Assembly (NCBI GenBank): GCA_964016885.1
Contig: OZ024753.1
Span: 186,001 to 250,000, forward strand
Source: Eledone cirrhosa
Lineage: Eukaryota
DNA: 64,000 nucleotides
Direction: 5' to 3'
The translations under genes and the position numbers were made by a program. Shown one piece after another: positions 12,053 through 25,190 of this stretch (positions within the stretch are counted from its first letter, which is position 1; every line of letters begins with the position of its first letter). The notes beneath the pieces are model-generated. The model did no database searches. It was not told the DNA's origin and worked only from the letters and a program-made list of their open reading frames with translations.

Positions 12053-12252
12053 TTAACCCTTTAGCATTTACATTACTCTGTATTTACTATTATATTTTCA
12101 CGGTAAAGGCTTTATCTCACATAATATCAAATCTATGATATTTTAAGTACAATGCCTTAATGTTGGATGAGCAGCCAGTTATAGTCGGTTTGAACAGAAA
12201 GAGGTGAGAGGATTCTAGCCAGATACGGCCGGTTTAAATGCTAAATGGTTAA
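12053..12252 (+). mobile_element. piggyBac-type MITE
   Basis: TTAA TSDs and family TIRs. Confidence 0.75.
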
Positions 12253-12332
12253 TGAGAAAGAGGAAGTATACGTGGCAGAAGAGCAGTAATATCAACCATC
12301 AGTCATAGTTATTAGATTCAATCAGAGACATT

Positions 12333-12714
12333 ATGGAGGCACATGGCTTAGTGGTTAGAGCATTGGCCTTGCAATCGAAAGGTTGTGAGTTCAACACTGA
12401 ACAAGACACTTTAGCAAGACACTTTATTTCACATTGCTCCAGTTTACTCAGCTGTAGAAATGAGATGATAGGGACTGGGGTCCCTATCATTCCACTGCAA
12501 AGTGGTTGTGGAGGTGCCACGGCAAAAAAGCACCGAGCCCACACTGTAAAGTGGACATGTAGGTAGGCGCCACGGAAAAAAAAGCACCCAGCACTCACTG
12601 TGAATGAGGTTGGTGTTAGGAAGGGCATCCAGCTGCAGAAATCAAGCCAGAATCAGTTCCCATCCCACCCTTGCAAGCAGGGAAAAGCGGACGTAAAATG
12701 ATGAAAATGATGAT
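12333..12714 (+). mobile_element. Full-length tRNA-SINE with RTE tail (family B)
   Basis: A box TGGCTTAGTGG, B-box-like GAGTTCAAC, central domain, and tail cccacccttgcaagcagggaaaagcggacgtaaaatgatg identical to the RTE 3' end. Confidence 0.85.
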
Positions 12715-12834
12715 ATTACAGTTTGTTGTAACTATCACTCCATCCCTCCCTCATCTTGAGAAAATAGACAAAACTATTATGAGAAATAGTTACATCCAGT
12801 GGAAGTGAGGGACATGAAAACATTAAGTGGTAGT

Positions 12835-13402
12835 GTTCATTATTATCATCCAGGACACAATCCCTAAGTAGGGGAGGGTCCTGCCTGACAGCGCTCCTTA
12901 GCATCCCGCTCCATGTGCTTCTGCCTGTCAGTCTCACTTGAGCCAAGTCCAGCCTAGCTTGATCCTGATGGACATCCTCCAACCAAGTCCTTTTTGGTCT
13001 ACTTGGGCCAAACCAAGCCTAGCTTGATCCTGATGGACATCCTCCAACCAAGTCCTTTTTGGTCTACTTGGGCCAGGTCAAGCCTAGCTTGATCCTGATG
13101 GACATCCTCCAACCAAGTCCTTTTTGGTCTACTTGGGCCAGGTCAAGCCTAGCTTGATCCTGATGGACATCCTCCAACCAAGTCCTTTTTGGTCTACTTG
13201 GGCCAGGTCAAGCCTAGCTTGATCCTGATGGACATCCTCCAACCAAGTCCTTTTTGGTCTACTTGGGCCAGGTCAAGCCTAGCTTGATCCTGATGGACAT
13301 CCTCCAACCAAGTCCTTTTTGGTCTACTTGGACCAGACCAAACCTAGATCGACATTCATCATTGCTGATCCAGCCCTCACTGTGCTCGACATGGCTGTAC
13401 CA
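12835..13402 (-). mobile_element. RTE-like LINE 3' end with internal tandem array
   Basis: WYSHVEHSEGWI...RPKRTWLEDVHQDQARLDL...RSTWSGML. Confidence 0.6.
12951..13348. repeat. 65-bp tandem repeat x~6
   Basis: agcctagctt recurs at 12951, 13016, 13081, 13146, 13211 and 13276. Confidence 0.95.
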
Positions 13403-13582
13403 CAAAAAAACAAAAAAAACAAAAAAAAAAATGGTACATGCTGTGAAGTGGTTGGTATTAGGAAGGACATCCAGCCCTAGAAATCCTACCAAAATGAAAT
13501 GTATGAACAAAGCAGTCATCTCTCCTCCTCCTGCTCTTCTAATCTCAAAACATGAGAATCTGTAAAACAGGGATGATAATGA

Positions 13583-13803
13583 TAATTGTTTCTACTTTAG
13601 GCACAAGGCCAGCAATTTGAAGGGGAGGGGAAAGTCGATTAAATTGATCCCAGTGTATTACTGGTGCTTTATTTTATTGACTATGTAAAGATGAAAGGCA
13701 AAGCTAACCTCGGCAGGATTTAAACTCAGAACGTAAAGGTCCATAATTCTATGCCACGAAGCATTTGGTCTGATGCTCTACCAATTCTGCCAATCCGCTG
13801 CCC
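13583..13803 (-). mobile_element. Family-A SINE
   Basis: Consensus match. Confidence 0.8.
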
Positions 13804-14249
13804 TTGATAATGATGATAAATGAATGATAGTTGAATCATAGAAATAGTAATGTCTCCCTAAATTCCTTCCTGTCTTTTTCTCTTCAATCAATGGCAGAAT
13901 CACTACTTGGTTTTGTGCCAACAATGTCAGAAGCTACTATTATACTAAATAACACACCATGTACTCTTGGAAATTGAATTAGTTGCAGTTTATCAATTCA
14001 TATATGAGCATGACTATTTCACATGAATAGAGTAAAACTAAACTACACATCAATTTCCAAGTGTAGAACTTGACTGCTCTGATACCAGCAGAGTTAGTTT
14101 CTTCCACAGAGTACACTGGCTGTTGGCAGGGAAGCTGAGGCACTCTTAACCCTTTAGAATTTACATTACTCTATATTTACTATTGCATTTTCACAGTAAA
14201 CACTATCTCATATAACAATCTCATGTAATATTGAATCTACGAGATTAAT

Positions 14250-14510
14250 ATTTCAAAAATTAATTAAAAATCATAGGCAGTAATATTTCATTAGAAATGT
14301 GGTTACCAAGCCTCCCAGATTTCTTTCTTTGGGGCGATCTGAAGGATACGGTATATGTCAACAAGCCCAGAACATTCACTGAACTAAAGGAAAACACCAG
14401 GGAGCAGATCAGAGCCATCCCTAGGTCTGTTTGTAAAGACGTTATGCTAAACTTCATGCACCTAAAAAAACATGGATTCAAATGGGGATCACTTAGAACA
14501 TACTGTAAGT
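14250..14510 (+). mobile_element. Tc1/mariner transposase C-terminal relic
   Basis: WLPSLPDFFLWGDLKDTVYVNKPRTFTELKENTREQIRAIP. Confidence 0.7.
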
Positions 14511-15470
14511 ATGGACAGAAACATAAGATATGGAATTTTTGATGTGTTGATTTTAATGGTTTGAACTGGACAGCACCAAAGCAGACAAATCACCAATAAT
14601 ATTCCAGATTTTTTCCTCACTTTTTAAATATGATATATGTCTAACCCATGCTAGCTTGGATGATAGACGTTAAACAATGGTGATGATGATGTGTCTACAT
14701 CATTCATTGCCTGCCTAATATTTTTAACAAAGAGTATAAGAACTGCTTGCTAGTTCTCGCAGGTGATGCCTCCATATAGTGGCTTTGAACTAGACATATT
14801 TGGGGTTTCATCAGTCAAAAGAATGAATAAAGTAGACAAAAATAAAAAATGGGGCCAATATTTTTAAGTTACTCTGTACATGTGTGAGTGTAGCCTGCAT
14901 AAGAAAATGTCATATCTACACAAGTATTTATGTGTGTAAGTGTATACTGAACTATTCACCTCACAAGAAAATAGCAATTAAACTATAGCTATGTGAACAT
15001 TGTTAGGGACCCAGATAAAAAAGTCAACTGTTATTGGAACAAACCAAAATTATATATAGTAAAAGAGCAGTGAGAGTGTCCAGCAATCAATTATATTAAG
15101 AACAGAATGAGAAATACCCCAACTAATTGTGATAATAAGAGAGTGAAGCCTAACTAGTTGGCAAACAATCAGAGAACAACTTATTTTATTAGACTGAGGA
15201 CAAAAGCTCAAACAAACTCACTTCCCTATTGTGTTGATTAAGTGCAGCACAAATATCACAGATTGTTTTTCACTAGGTACCAGACCAATTTACTATGAAG
15301 TATGAGAGGGTATACTTGACTGACTGGTATAATATTGATGTAATAATTATTTTATTAATCTCAAGAGAGAAAATCAACACTAACCTTAACAGTATTTGAA
15401 CTCAAAAATATGTGGTACTGAATTTGATACAGTAAACTTCTTAAAATAAATTTACTACTACTATCTACAT

Positions 15471-15786
15471 CAGAGGTTCTCAAACGTTTTGGGCCATGTA
15501 ATACCCTCAATGCCCCCCAAACGTATTTCCAGAGAGACCTGCCCTCACATAAGTAATATATAATAAATAAAATCGTTAATTTATATATAATAAATAATAT
15601 AATATATATTATGTATGAATAAATATATTTTTTTTATTTTACTATATTTATATATAACCTGTATCATTTGATATTTAATATATTATACCACCTCTATAGC
15701 GCCCTTAAGCCACAGCGACCCTCTAGACCTTCTCAACTCCCCCCGGGGGGGGGGGGGGGCAGTAGCGACCACTTTGAGAACCTCTG
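15471..15786 (+). mobile_element. hAT (Charlie/Buster-type) MITE
   Basis: TIRs CAGAGGTTCTCAAA / TTTGAGAACCTCTG with perfect 8-bp TSD ATCTACAT; partial second copy at 23203-23440. Confidence 0.9.
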
Positions 15787-16417
15787 ATCTACATCATAAA
15801 TATTACTCTTGTGATAGATATTTTACTACAATGATATACTGATTGAATTTTTACCTCAAGTAAAATCCCTATTATTTTTTGGAGAGTGTACAGTGAAAGC
15901 ACTGAAACCCTTCAATACGAATTACAGCTAATTACCTTAATAATATACATCCATCCTAGTGTAATTAAAGGTAAAGTGTAACATCAAACTAGATACCTAA
16001 CTCTCAAAACTGTATAGTGACAAAAATCTACCAGTTCAAGCATTTTAAATCAAACTAATTACAACCAATAAAATTCCACCACTAACTAACATATAATTAT
16101 GTTTGCTACAGGCTGGATAAATGTTAAATATTTACAACTGTGAATACTTTAAATCTTCAATGTTTTATTTTATTGATTAAATTGATAACATATTAAAGCA
16201 AGAGTTACCTCCCATATATCAGCTAGTTGCTATAGTGACAAGAAACTCACAAATTTAAAATAGAATATACATCAATTATGTTATTAATTTCATTCATCAA
16301 TTAGTATAAAAAGTATATTAATCATGTTTTCATATAAAATTATAAAATTCAGCAACTGGCATTTTTTCATAGTTTTAGCAGAAAAGGTAAAATTTGAAAC
16401 ATGTTCAAAAGAAACAA

Positions 16418-16639
16418 ACAACCCTTTAGCATTTACATTACTCTATATATACTATTATATTTTTATGGTAAAGGCTTTATCTTACATAATTAACTCACAT
16501 AATATTGAATCTATGAGATTTTGATATTACTTATTTTGAGGACAATACTTTAACATCAGTATGAGTTGTGGCCGGTTTGAACAAAAAGAGGTGAGAGAAT
16601 TCTGGCCGGATAAGGCCCGTTTAAATGCTAAAGGGTTAA
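16418..16639 (+). mobile_element. piggyBac-type MITE
   Basis: CCCTTTAGCATTTA...TAAATGCTAAAGGG|TTAA. Confidence 0.75.
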
Positions 16640-16744
16640 GGAAAAGTAATTTGTTCAAAGATATATTTACCGTATTTATGTGAATATGAGTTGACCTGAG
16701 TATATTTTATGTCTGAGATAGGAGCAAAGACCCAAACACTGTTT

Positions 16745-17375
16745 ATAAGCCTAGGCAGCTAATCAACACACGTTTAGATGGTGTGGTTTTGAAATTCTCC
16801 CCATCTCTCGCTATTATGAGCAAATGAGGGCCCACGTGATGGCCACCCCACAGCCCCGGTGTACAGAATAGAGAAGGATTTTCCCTGGAGGATGGTGAGG
16901 GAGCCGTGCTGGAAGAGCCATTCCAGCTTGCAAAGCTCACACCTACGGGTAGTCAACTCTGTGCCGATGGTGGTGAATAGGGAGGTGGCCCTGGAGCCGA
17001 GGACACCAGAAGACTCCACTGCTACAGGTTCGATTGCAAATCTGTCAGAGAACAACAGATATTTGGATAGGTTACCCTCCTTGGCCTGAAGTGTAGCAGA
17101 GCCTGGGTTAGTCACAGACTGCACCAGGTTGTTGCTGGAGAATGTATCGCTGCATGTGGCATCCCAGATGAGGGGTTTACCACCACTGAATGGGAAGATA
17201 GTTATGCCACCCGGCCTTTTGCTGTCCCCTCAGTCCAGCTCTGCCGGCTCGAGCTGGGAGGGGAAGCCTGCACCATCCAAGCCATGCTTTATGACTTCGT
17301 TGAGAGCAGCATGGCATGGAAAGTGAACGGCACTGTAGCAACAGAACAGTGGGTGGAGGTCGAAAGAGTCTATGG
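16745..17375 (-). mobile_element. CRE-clade non-LTR retrotransposon 3' relic (REL endonuclease)
   Basis: HAALNEVIK...KRPGGITIFPFSGGKPLIWDATCSDTF...SKY...PVAVESSGVLG...WLFQHGSLTILQGKSFSIL; its 3' end recurs at 53865-53955. Confidence 0.7.
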
Positions 17376-17843
17376 TGGATCTGCAGCAACATTTGTATGG
17401 TAGACAAATTATTCATTTAAATATTTACATCAAAATAAGCCAGTTGGGTGTGATGGCAATGAATTGTCAGATAACAAAATATCAAACAAGATATACCTCT
17501 ATCAATACAAAAAGGTTATAACTGTGGATATAGTTACTGAATAATCCTGTAATGGGTTTGTCTTGGTAATTATAGTCACAAACATTGTTGTGTGGTTATG
17601 AAGTTTGATTTTCACAACCATGTACTTTTGGATTGGTTCAATACCATTGCATGAAACTAAGGACAAATCTTTACTATCACCACAAGCTGACCAATACTTT
17701 GTAAGTGAAATTGGTAGACAGAAATTATGCAGAAGTCCATTGTATGCTATCATCATCATTTTACGTCTGTTCTTCCACGCTAGCATGGATTAGACGGGTT
17801 GTCTTGTTGTGGGCAATGTTAGGTCAGGTGATCTTGTCTTGCG

Positions 17844-17879
<36 letters not shown>

Positions 17880-18045
17880 TGTGCATCTTGGTTTTTAGAA
17901 TATTACATCATATCCTTGCATGTTGTAAAAGGCAACTAAAAGGGTTAGATTTAGAAAGGGTATCATGCTGTAAAATACTTCCGAGCTACAAAATAATAAA
18001 CAACAATGGCTGATTATCAAACTCATTTAATGGGCAAAATATTTG

Positions 18046-18193
18046 CAAGTAAAATTCCGTTATAACGAACTTTCCAGTATAATAAATTTTTTTCAATCCC
18101 CCGAGGTAATAATTTGTTTTGGTCGATCTCGTTATAAACAATTTTTACCAATTTTTTTTTATACCCCATGAATTTTGTTATAACGGAATTTCA

Positions 18194-18196
<3 letters not shown>
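18046..18196. mobile_element. pogo/Tigger-like MITE
   Basis: aaattccgttataac...gttataacggaatttcactg inverted termini. Confidence 0.55.
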
Positions 18197-18259
<63 letters not shown>

Positions 18260-18934
18260 TAACGGCAATAGAACAGGTGAATATTTAAATCGTTTTTTAA
18301 TTTATTTAAAGGATTGTTTGATGATCACTTGTTCTGCTCATTTATATATATCTTTTTTGCTCACTTATTCCTGAGAAGGTCATGGGGACAGAGTCCTCAA
18401 ACACTCCTTCCAGCAGGTCCTGTCAGAAGCAACTGTCTTACAAACACATACAATCTTTAAATATGTACTGAAATAGGACTAATCAGTGGCACTTTTATAT
18501 CATAGTATATCTTAATTTGAAACCCTATGTGACATCAAAGCCATCGCTGACACAATGACACACCTTGTCTTATCACACACTGAAATCTATCTAGTGACAT
18601 TCTTCTAGTTGGTTATAATATATCCTACCATCCATTCATCCACTATTTGCTGATATGTATACCTGTCTTTCTCTATAATTGTCTGTATAAAGTACTGTAT
18701 AAATTACTGTGAATACTTGTGAAATGTCACCTCAGAAAATATTGTTTATAGATAGACATCAACCTATATTATTTTACAACTAAAGTCTTCAGACCAAAGC
18801 AAACACGTTCTTTAATTACTTCCTCAACCAGAAACCTCTGCAGGTCATATATGTTTTGTTTTCTTGAATTTCACACTTAACAATGAAACTAAGATAGTTT
18901 GGCATTATAGTCTTGAACAGTTTCCATACACACA

Positions 18935-19225
18935 TAATTTTGGGCGAGAGGAAAGTCGATTAAATCGACCCCCGTGCATTACTGGTGATTTATTTTATCA
19001 ACCCCCGTAAGGGTGAGAGGCAAAGCTAACCTCGGCAGGATTTAAACTCAGAACGTAAAGGGCCATAACTATGCTACAAAGCATGGTGTCTGACGCTCTA
19101 CAGATACTGCCAATCCGCCGATATTGGTTTCTAATTTAGGCACAAGGCCAGCAAGTTTGGAAAAGGGGAAAGGCAATTAAATTAACCCCAGTACTCGACT
19201 GCTACTTTTTTTCTATCAACCTCTC
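18935..19225 (-). mobile_element. Family-A SINEs (two partial copies)
   Basis: Consensus match. Confidence 0.7.
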
Positions 19226-19288
19226 TAACAAGCTGATCTGTCTGTAAAAATTCACCTCTCTATAATTTGGTAGGGTACATCAACACTG

Positions 19289-19321
<33 letters not shown>

Positions 19322-19599
19322 TCAACAGTCTTTTAAAATATATTCTCAGTCAAGAATGTATACCATTAATTTCATATATCTTAGTCTGGCACAAAATGTT
19401 TATAAAGATCAACAGATAATTCAATATGCTACAAAATTCAACACAGAAAGCTAGGCCATCTTTACATCATTCTACTATAAAATTATATTCAGAAGGCTAA
19501 GAAGAATAAAACTTGTAAAGAAATAACAATAAAGTCCTTCAGATATAAGAACAAACAGGAGATCACAGAGTACATCATGTTTGATGAGAGAACACTATG

Positions 19600-19715
19600 A
19601 CAAGGTAGAGTACAGGTAGACAATGATGATAGAGTACAGGTAGAGGATGATGGTAGAGTACGATAGTACAGTACAGGTAAAGGATGATGGTAGAGTACAG
19701 GTAGACGATGATGAT
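19600..19715. repeat. ~24-bp degenerate minisatellite
   Basis: gatgatggtagagtacaggtaga units. Confidence 0.7.
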
Positions 19716-20874
19716 AGTGCAGTTGGCACACAAAACAAGCCATCACCTTAAGTGAAAGTTCACTGAGTAAAACATGTCATGCAGTCAGTGAAGTAAATTG
19801 TTGAAACAATGTGTTTATTAAACAATGGTAAATCAGAAAGATAATCAAACAGTTCGATACAGAGGGAGAGTAAACTAATAATGGTGGTGGAATAAATGAT
19901 TATATGATAAAGAATTTTTAAAAAACCTTAATCCCAATGGAAAGTTGATTGATATTCCGAGATATGATTTACATCATTTAAAATCCAGTTCACTCTCGGA
20001 ATTGAAATAACTAAATATTTGTCAGTTTGATCTCTACATTGGAATTTCTCAACCATCTTGTTCCATGCCATTTTTACCCTAAAAAAACCTGCACTACTCC
20101 ATGATCAGACATAATTAGTATATAACATAGTATATACACTCCCAAGGGAAGCCCCATGCCCCACCTAGAAAAACACTGCTCTAGAAGTGAATTGATAATT
20201 TGAAAAGGTAGATCAAATACTTGAGAATCCATCACTAAGGTTTAATAAGGAACTTAAATGGACAACGTGAAGCCATTTTAGATTGTTTCACAGCCATTCT
20301 GTCATGCTTTCATGAGTGGAATGGAATTAGTGGAGTTCCAAATATCTTACATAACCTTACATAGCCTCATGGAGCAAATCGTTATAATTTCTTTACTATT
20401 GTACATGTAGAGTTCCAACTTTCCTACATAACCTCATGGACCAAACTGTTACAGTTTCTTTACTAATTTACATGTGAAGTTCCAAGCTTCCACATATATG
20501 GTACGGTATGGTCCTGTAACTCCTGATAGAATTGTACTGGCGTCATATTGACATATGGCGTTTCTTGGGCACATTAAGCCTGGCAGAGCCCATCCCTCTC
20601 CAGGTCTGAGTACAGCAGACTTCTTCCAAAGAAAGATAGAAAAAGAGAGAGAGGAAATGCTCATATATATGATATGAAAATACATCTGTTCATAATTAAT
20701 TTCTGAAAGTTTGAACCAAAACCAAAAAACAGACAGTTGAACAAATGTTTCAAACACCAAAGTAAATGAAATAATTTACCTCTTGAATTAAAATAAACAT
20801 AATTCATACCTGTTAGTAAGGAACCATCAGGAGAAAGAAAAAGAAATAATAAAAATGTGTCATTAAAAATATTA

Positions 20875-21217
20875 GAAAACTATGTATTCAAATCATTGAT
20901 GATTGTGTCTGTAAATTTAGTGGTGCCACACTGCAATGATGAACAGAGATTAGAGGGGAAATTGTATATTAGAGGGGAAACTACATATTAGAAGGGAAAC
21001 TATGTACTAGAAGGGAAACTATGTACTAGAAGGGAAACTATGTACTAGAAGGGAAACTACGTACTAGAAGGGAAACTACGTACTAGAGGGAAACTGTATA
21101 TTTGAAGGGAAACTGTATATTTGAAGGGAAACTACGTATTAGAAGGGAAACTATGTATTCAAATTATTGATGATTGTGCCTGTAAATTTATCGGTGTCAC
21201 ACTGCAATGACGAACAA
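20875..21217. repeat. ~20-bp minisatellite bracketed by a ~70-bp direct repeat
   Basis: agaagggaaactatgtact x~10; aaactatgtattcaaat.attgatgattgtg.ctgtaaattta...cacactgcaatga.gaaca occurs twice. Confidence 0.85.
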
Positions 21218-21702
21218 TCAGAGAACATTGAACATTGATTTGTAGTAAAAGGAGAGGAGATCATAGATATTAATGGTAAAGTTAGAATGGTTGTTTATAA
21301 TGTTCACGTTTAATATCTAGAATGGTAGTAATATGTTTGATGATAATGTGGCTAAGTCAATAAGTTATCCAGTTGTATTGAAATATAATATCATCTAACA
21401 GATCACAGGCAATGTCCTCCTGAGTCTTCCCTGATCTAGTAAAACTATGTTAAAAAGCATTCCAGTGTGATAGTGTTTTGTTTTTGTATACCTACAATTA
21501 ATGTCATCTTTCTTTTTAAGATAGTATAGTGAAACTTAATAAAAAATGTGTTCCTGTATCAAGCAGATTGACTTACTATGTACAAGATCCCTAGTTTGAT
21601 TGTGTAAGGAACAATGTAGATGATAAAGGCAGAAATATGAGAGCTATTGAGAATATCAAAACAGTATGTAATGAGAAAAGAAAATACCATTAGATAAATA
21701 AC

Positions 21703-22322
21703 TGTTTCTTCTTTTGGCACAAGGCCAGCAATTATCCCAGTGTATTACTGGTACTTTATTTTATCAACCCCGTAAGGATGAAAGGCAAAGTTAACCTCGG
21801 CGGGATTTGAACTCAGAATGACAAGGGCCGTAACTCTATGCTGCAAAGCGTCTGACCCTCTACCGATACTGCCAATCCACCGCCATTAGATAAATAACAT
21901 TGTACAATTAGACTAATTTATCAACAGAATGTGAACAATTGACATTATTATTATTATTGGCAGTAGGGCGGTGGATTGGCAGTATCGGTAGAGGGTCGGA
22001 CGCCATGCTTTCCAGCATAGTTACGTCCCGCCGAGGTTGACTTTGCCTTTCATCCTTACGGAGTCGATAAAATAAAGTAACAGTAATGTACTGGGATAAT
22101 TGCTGGCCTTGTGCCAAAAGAAGAAAAAATTATTATTATTGGCAGTATCAGTAGAAGGTCGGACGCCATGCTTTGCCGCATAGAGTTACGGCCCTTTACG
22201 GTATGAGTTCAAATCCCGCCGAGGTTAGCTTTGCCTTTCATCCTTACGGGATGGATAAAATAAAGTAACTAATGTACTGGGATAATTGCTGGCCTTGTTC
22301 CAAAAGAAGAAAAAATTATTAT
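21703..22322. mobile_element. Cluster of three family-A SINEs (one -, two +)
   Basis: 21703-21884 (-) with TSD cattagataaataac; 21967-22138 (+) and 22139-22322 (+). Confidence 0.85.
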
Positions 22323-22429
22323 AAAATGGCAGTGGTTTGGCATTTTTGTTAGAACATTGGACAAAGGGCTTTGTGGTATTTGTACCAGCACTTTACATTC
22401 TGTGATCTCTCAATTCAGAGAAATAGCAG

Positions 22430-22830
22430 CTCTACTTGGAGCAACTCTCTGAACTCCAAGCTATGCACTATCGAGTAATGATACGCCAAAGACCCTTCAG
22501 AGGAAACCCATTTTGGCCACTTGTATTCACGATCATAAGTAAGGGTTAGCATGAATACCGAATTGAAGATAGCGAGTTTGGCTCTTACACTTTCTGGTGA
22601 CTAAATGCTGAAGCTGGCGCATTGCTGCATGAGCCCCTGCAATTCTTGTACTTAAATCAGCCTTATGCCCTCCATCATGCATGAACATGGGCCCCGAGAT
22701 TCTTGAACTTCACCTGCTTCAGTGGAACTCCACTCCCAGGTAGGATACACTGTGCAGGTTTCTTTGCAGCAGATTTTTATTGCTGTCATGCAACACTCAG
22801 CAGCAAACCAACCAAGTCCATGTCAGGAAA
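22430..22830 (-). mobile_element. Old RTE (Rex3/Expander-like) RT relic
   Basis: Decayed VPLKQVKFKNLG...RIQVAKMGFL*RVFGVSLLD. Confidence 0.45.
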
Positions 22831-24768
22831 ATATCATATATGTAAAATGGTGGTGATGGTGATGATGACGACATATCAACCTCAGTGTGTTCCTGGTATT
22901 TATCAACCCATGAAGCTCAATTTACATTAATTGAGTAAAGTACCTCCAAATTGACATGTTATAAGCTAAATATTCTCTATGACTAATAGAGAGATAATAG
23001 TATAATGGTATGAATTAAAATTACATTCAACAGCACAAATATTTAAACTCTGCTCAAGTTCTACTTTCCAATTATAAATTAAAAGTGCAAAGTACTTAGT
23101 GTATTAAGATGTATTAGGAAATGTGTAATGAGAATGATACTGGCACTAACAAATTCCTGACTAAACTTCTGGAATTGTAACCCTGGCTAGGATTATTTAA
23201 ACCAGAGGTTCTCAAATTATGGGGCCACTGACCCCCCCCCCCCCCTCACTGCCATGTAGTACACTCAGCACCCCCAACCCTATTTCCAGAAAGACCTGCC
23301 TACATGCAAATTGTAAATGATATATAATAAAATCGTTAATTTATATATAATAGATAATATAATATATACTATGTATAAATAAATATTATATTTTTATTTT
23401 ACTATATTTATATATAATATGTAATATAGTATTATATTATCGTTAAATAAACTAAGAGCAAGATCTACTAAGGGACAGTAGAGGTTTTGGGGTGGAATTA
23501 GTAGTGATGTATTAGGTAGTTAATAGCCTTCAAATTAGATCTTGTCAGAGCATTCTCTAGGAAACAGACCAGAAGTGGGTTTACAAAATAGGTATTTTGA
23601 AAACAATCAATACTGAGCAATCAGGAGGACAGCCTTTGCTATCACACCTACAATCAGTTCTTTACCAAGATATGTCACCAACAACCAGTCTAATCTATTC
23701 CTTACCAAGGTATGTCACCCAAAAGAGGATTTCAATGAAACTCATCAATTATATAGTGCTATCTAAGCTCACCAATAGTAAGTTACTCCACATATGGAAC
23801 CTGTTTACAGTTAGATTGACTGAGCTATAACAGTAAGTAACAGAATATGAACTGGCCTGCTACAACTTTACCACAAATAAATCCATGATTAAAATAGAGT
23901 AATTCATGAAAAAATTCTGACCTAGAAAAGCAATTAAACTGTGACAAAATTAGATTGCACTATTTAAAACATAAATAGAATACTGTAGAAAATTTCTAAT
24001 TAGTAATAGCTAAATTACACACACCCATATATATATATATATATAGATATAGATATATATATATATATATATATATAGATAGATAGATAGATAGATAGAT
24101 ATATAGATAAATATTATAAAAACAACAAAATAGATGTTAAAAGTAAATGAGTTAAACAGCAGTGACTAGAAGCAATGAATTAGTAATGTGACAGGCATAA
24201 AGGAAACAAAAGGACTGTATGAGTAATCAACAAACCATTATAGTACCAGTAACTCAAATGACACTTCACTTCATGACAACTACATTGCCAGACATTAACG
24301 AAATTCTTAAATAGTTGCTATCAAAACTTTCTGGAATACTGCTGCAATATAAAACATTCCTCTCATGAAACACATACATGTGTCAACTAAAATATACATT
24401 AGTTTTCAAAACTTATGGTGAAACCAAAGCTGTGGTAATTATTTGAACGAAATCTTTTGACAAAGTGTAACAGAAAAATTTCCCTTGTTTTATGTCTAGA
24501 ATTAATCCTCTACCTTTTCAATAGCCATACCATGCCTGTTGCATATAATGGTATCAGCTTTTTAAATTCTCAAATCCATCAATTATGTTGTCCCATATGG
24601 GTTTATCATTGCTCAAAATTACTCTGTAAGGTGGTTAGCATTAGGAAATATTGCCAAAAATGGAACATAATGAGCAAGACTTGGTCCTCTCGATCTAATC
24701 CAGTCTCAGACTGTGATGATCCATCCAATCTATGACAAGAGGGAAAATGGACATAAAACAACGATGAT

Positions 24769-24818
<50 letters not shown>

Positions 24819-24971
24819 AGAGTTAAACAAGGTTCAATGACTACATCAAAGAATGATGAGGACGTACTGTTGAACTTAACTCAGTACCTCTGAAATATGT
24901 ATAATAAAATATAATTGATCACAAGAATATTTTGTTAATATTTTGAATTAATATTATATATATATATATAT

Positions 24972-25190
24972 ACTCAGCTGTAGAAATGAGATGATAGGGA
25001 CTGGGGTCCATATCATTCCACTGTAAAGTGGACGTGGAGGCGCCACAGCATAAAAGCACCCAGCACTCACTGTAAATGAGGTTGGTGTTAGGAGGGGCAT
25101 CCAGCTGTAGAAATCAAGCCAGAATCAGTTCCCGTCCCACCCTTGCAAGCAGGGAAAAGCGGACGTAAAATGAAATGAAATGAAATGAAA
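24972..25190 (+). mobile_element. Family-B SINE, 5'-truncated
   Basis: Matches 12445-12700; RTE tail. Confidence 0.85.

Noticed and set aside
12333-12410. Possible tRNA genes at SINE heads
   Set aside because: A/B boxes are present but there is no complete cloverleaf, and they continue into SINE bodies
12951-13348. CRISPR-like appearance of regular repeats (also 61775-62265 and 41972-42366)
   Set aside because: Units are contiguous with no unique spacers, there are no cas genes, and the context is eukaryotic
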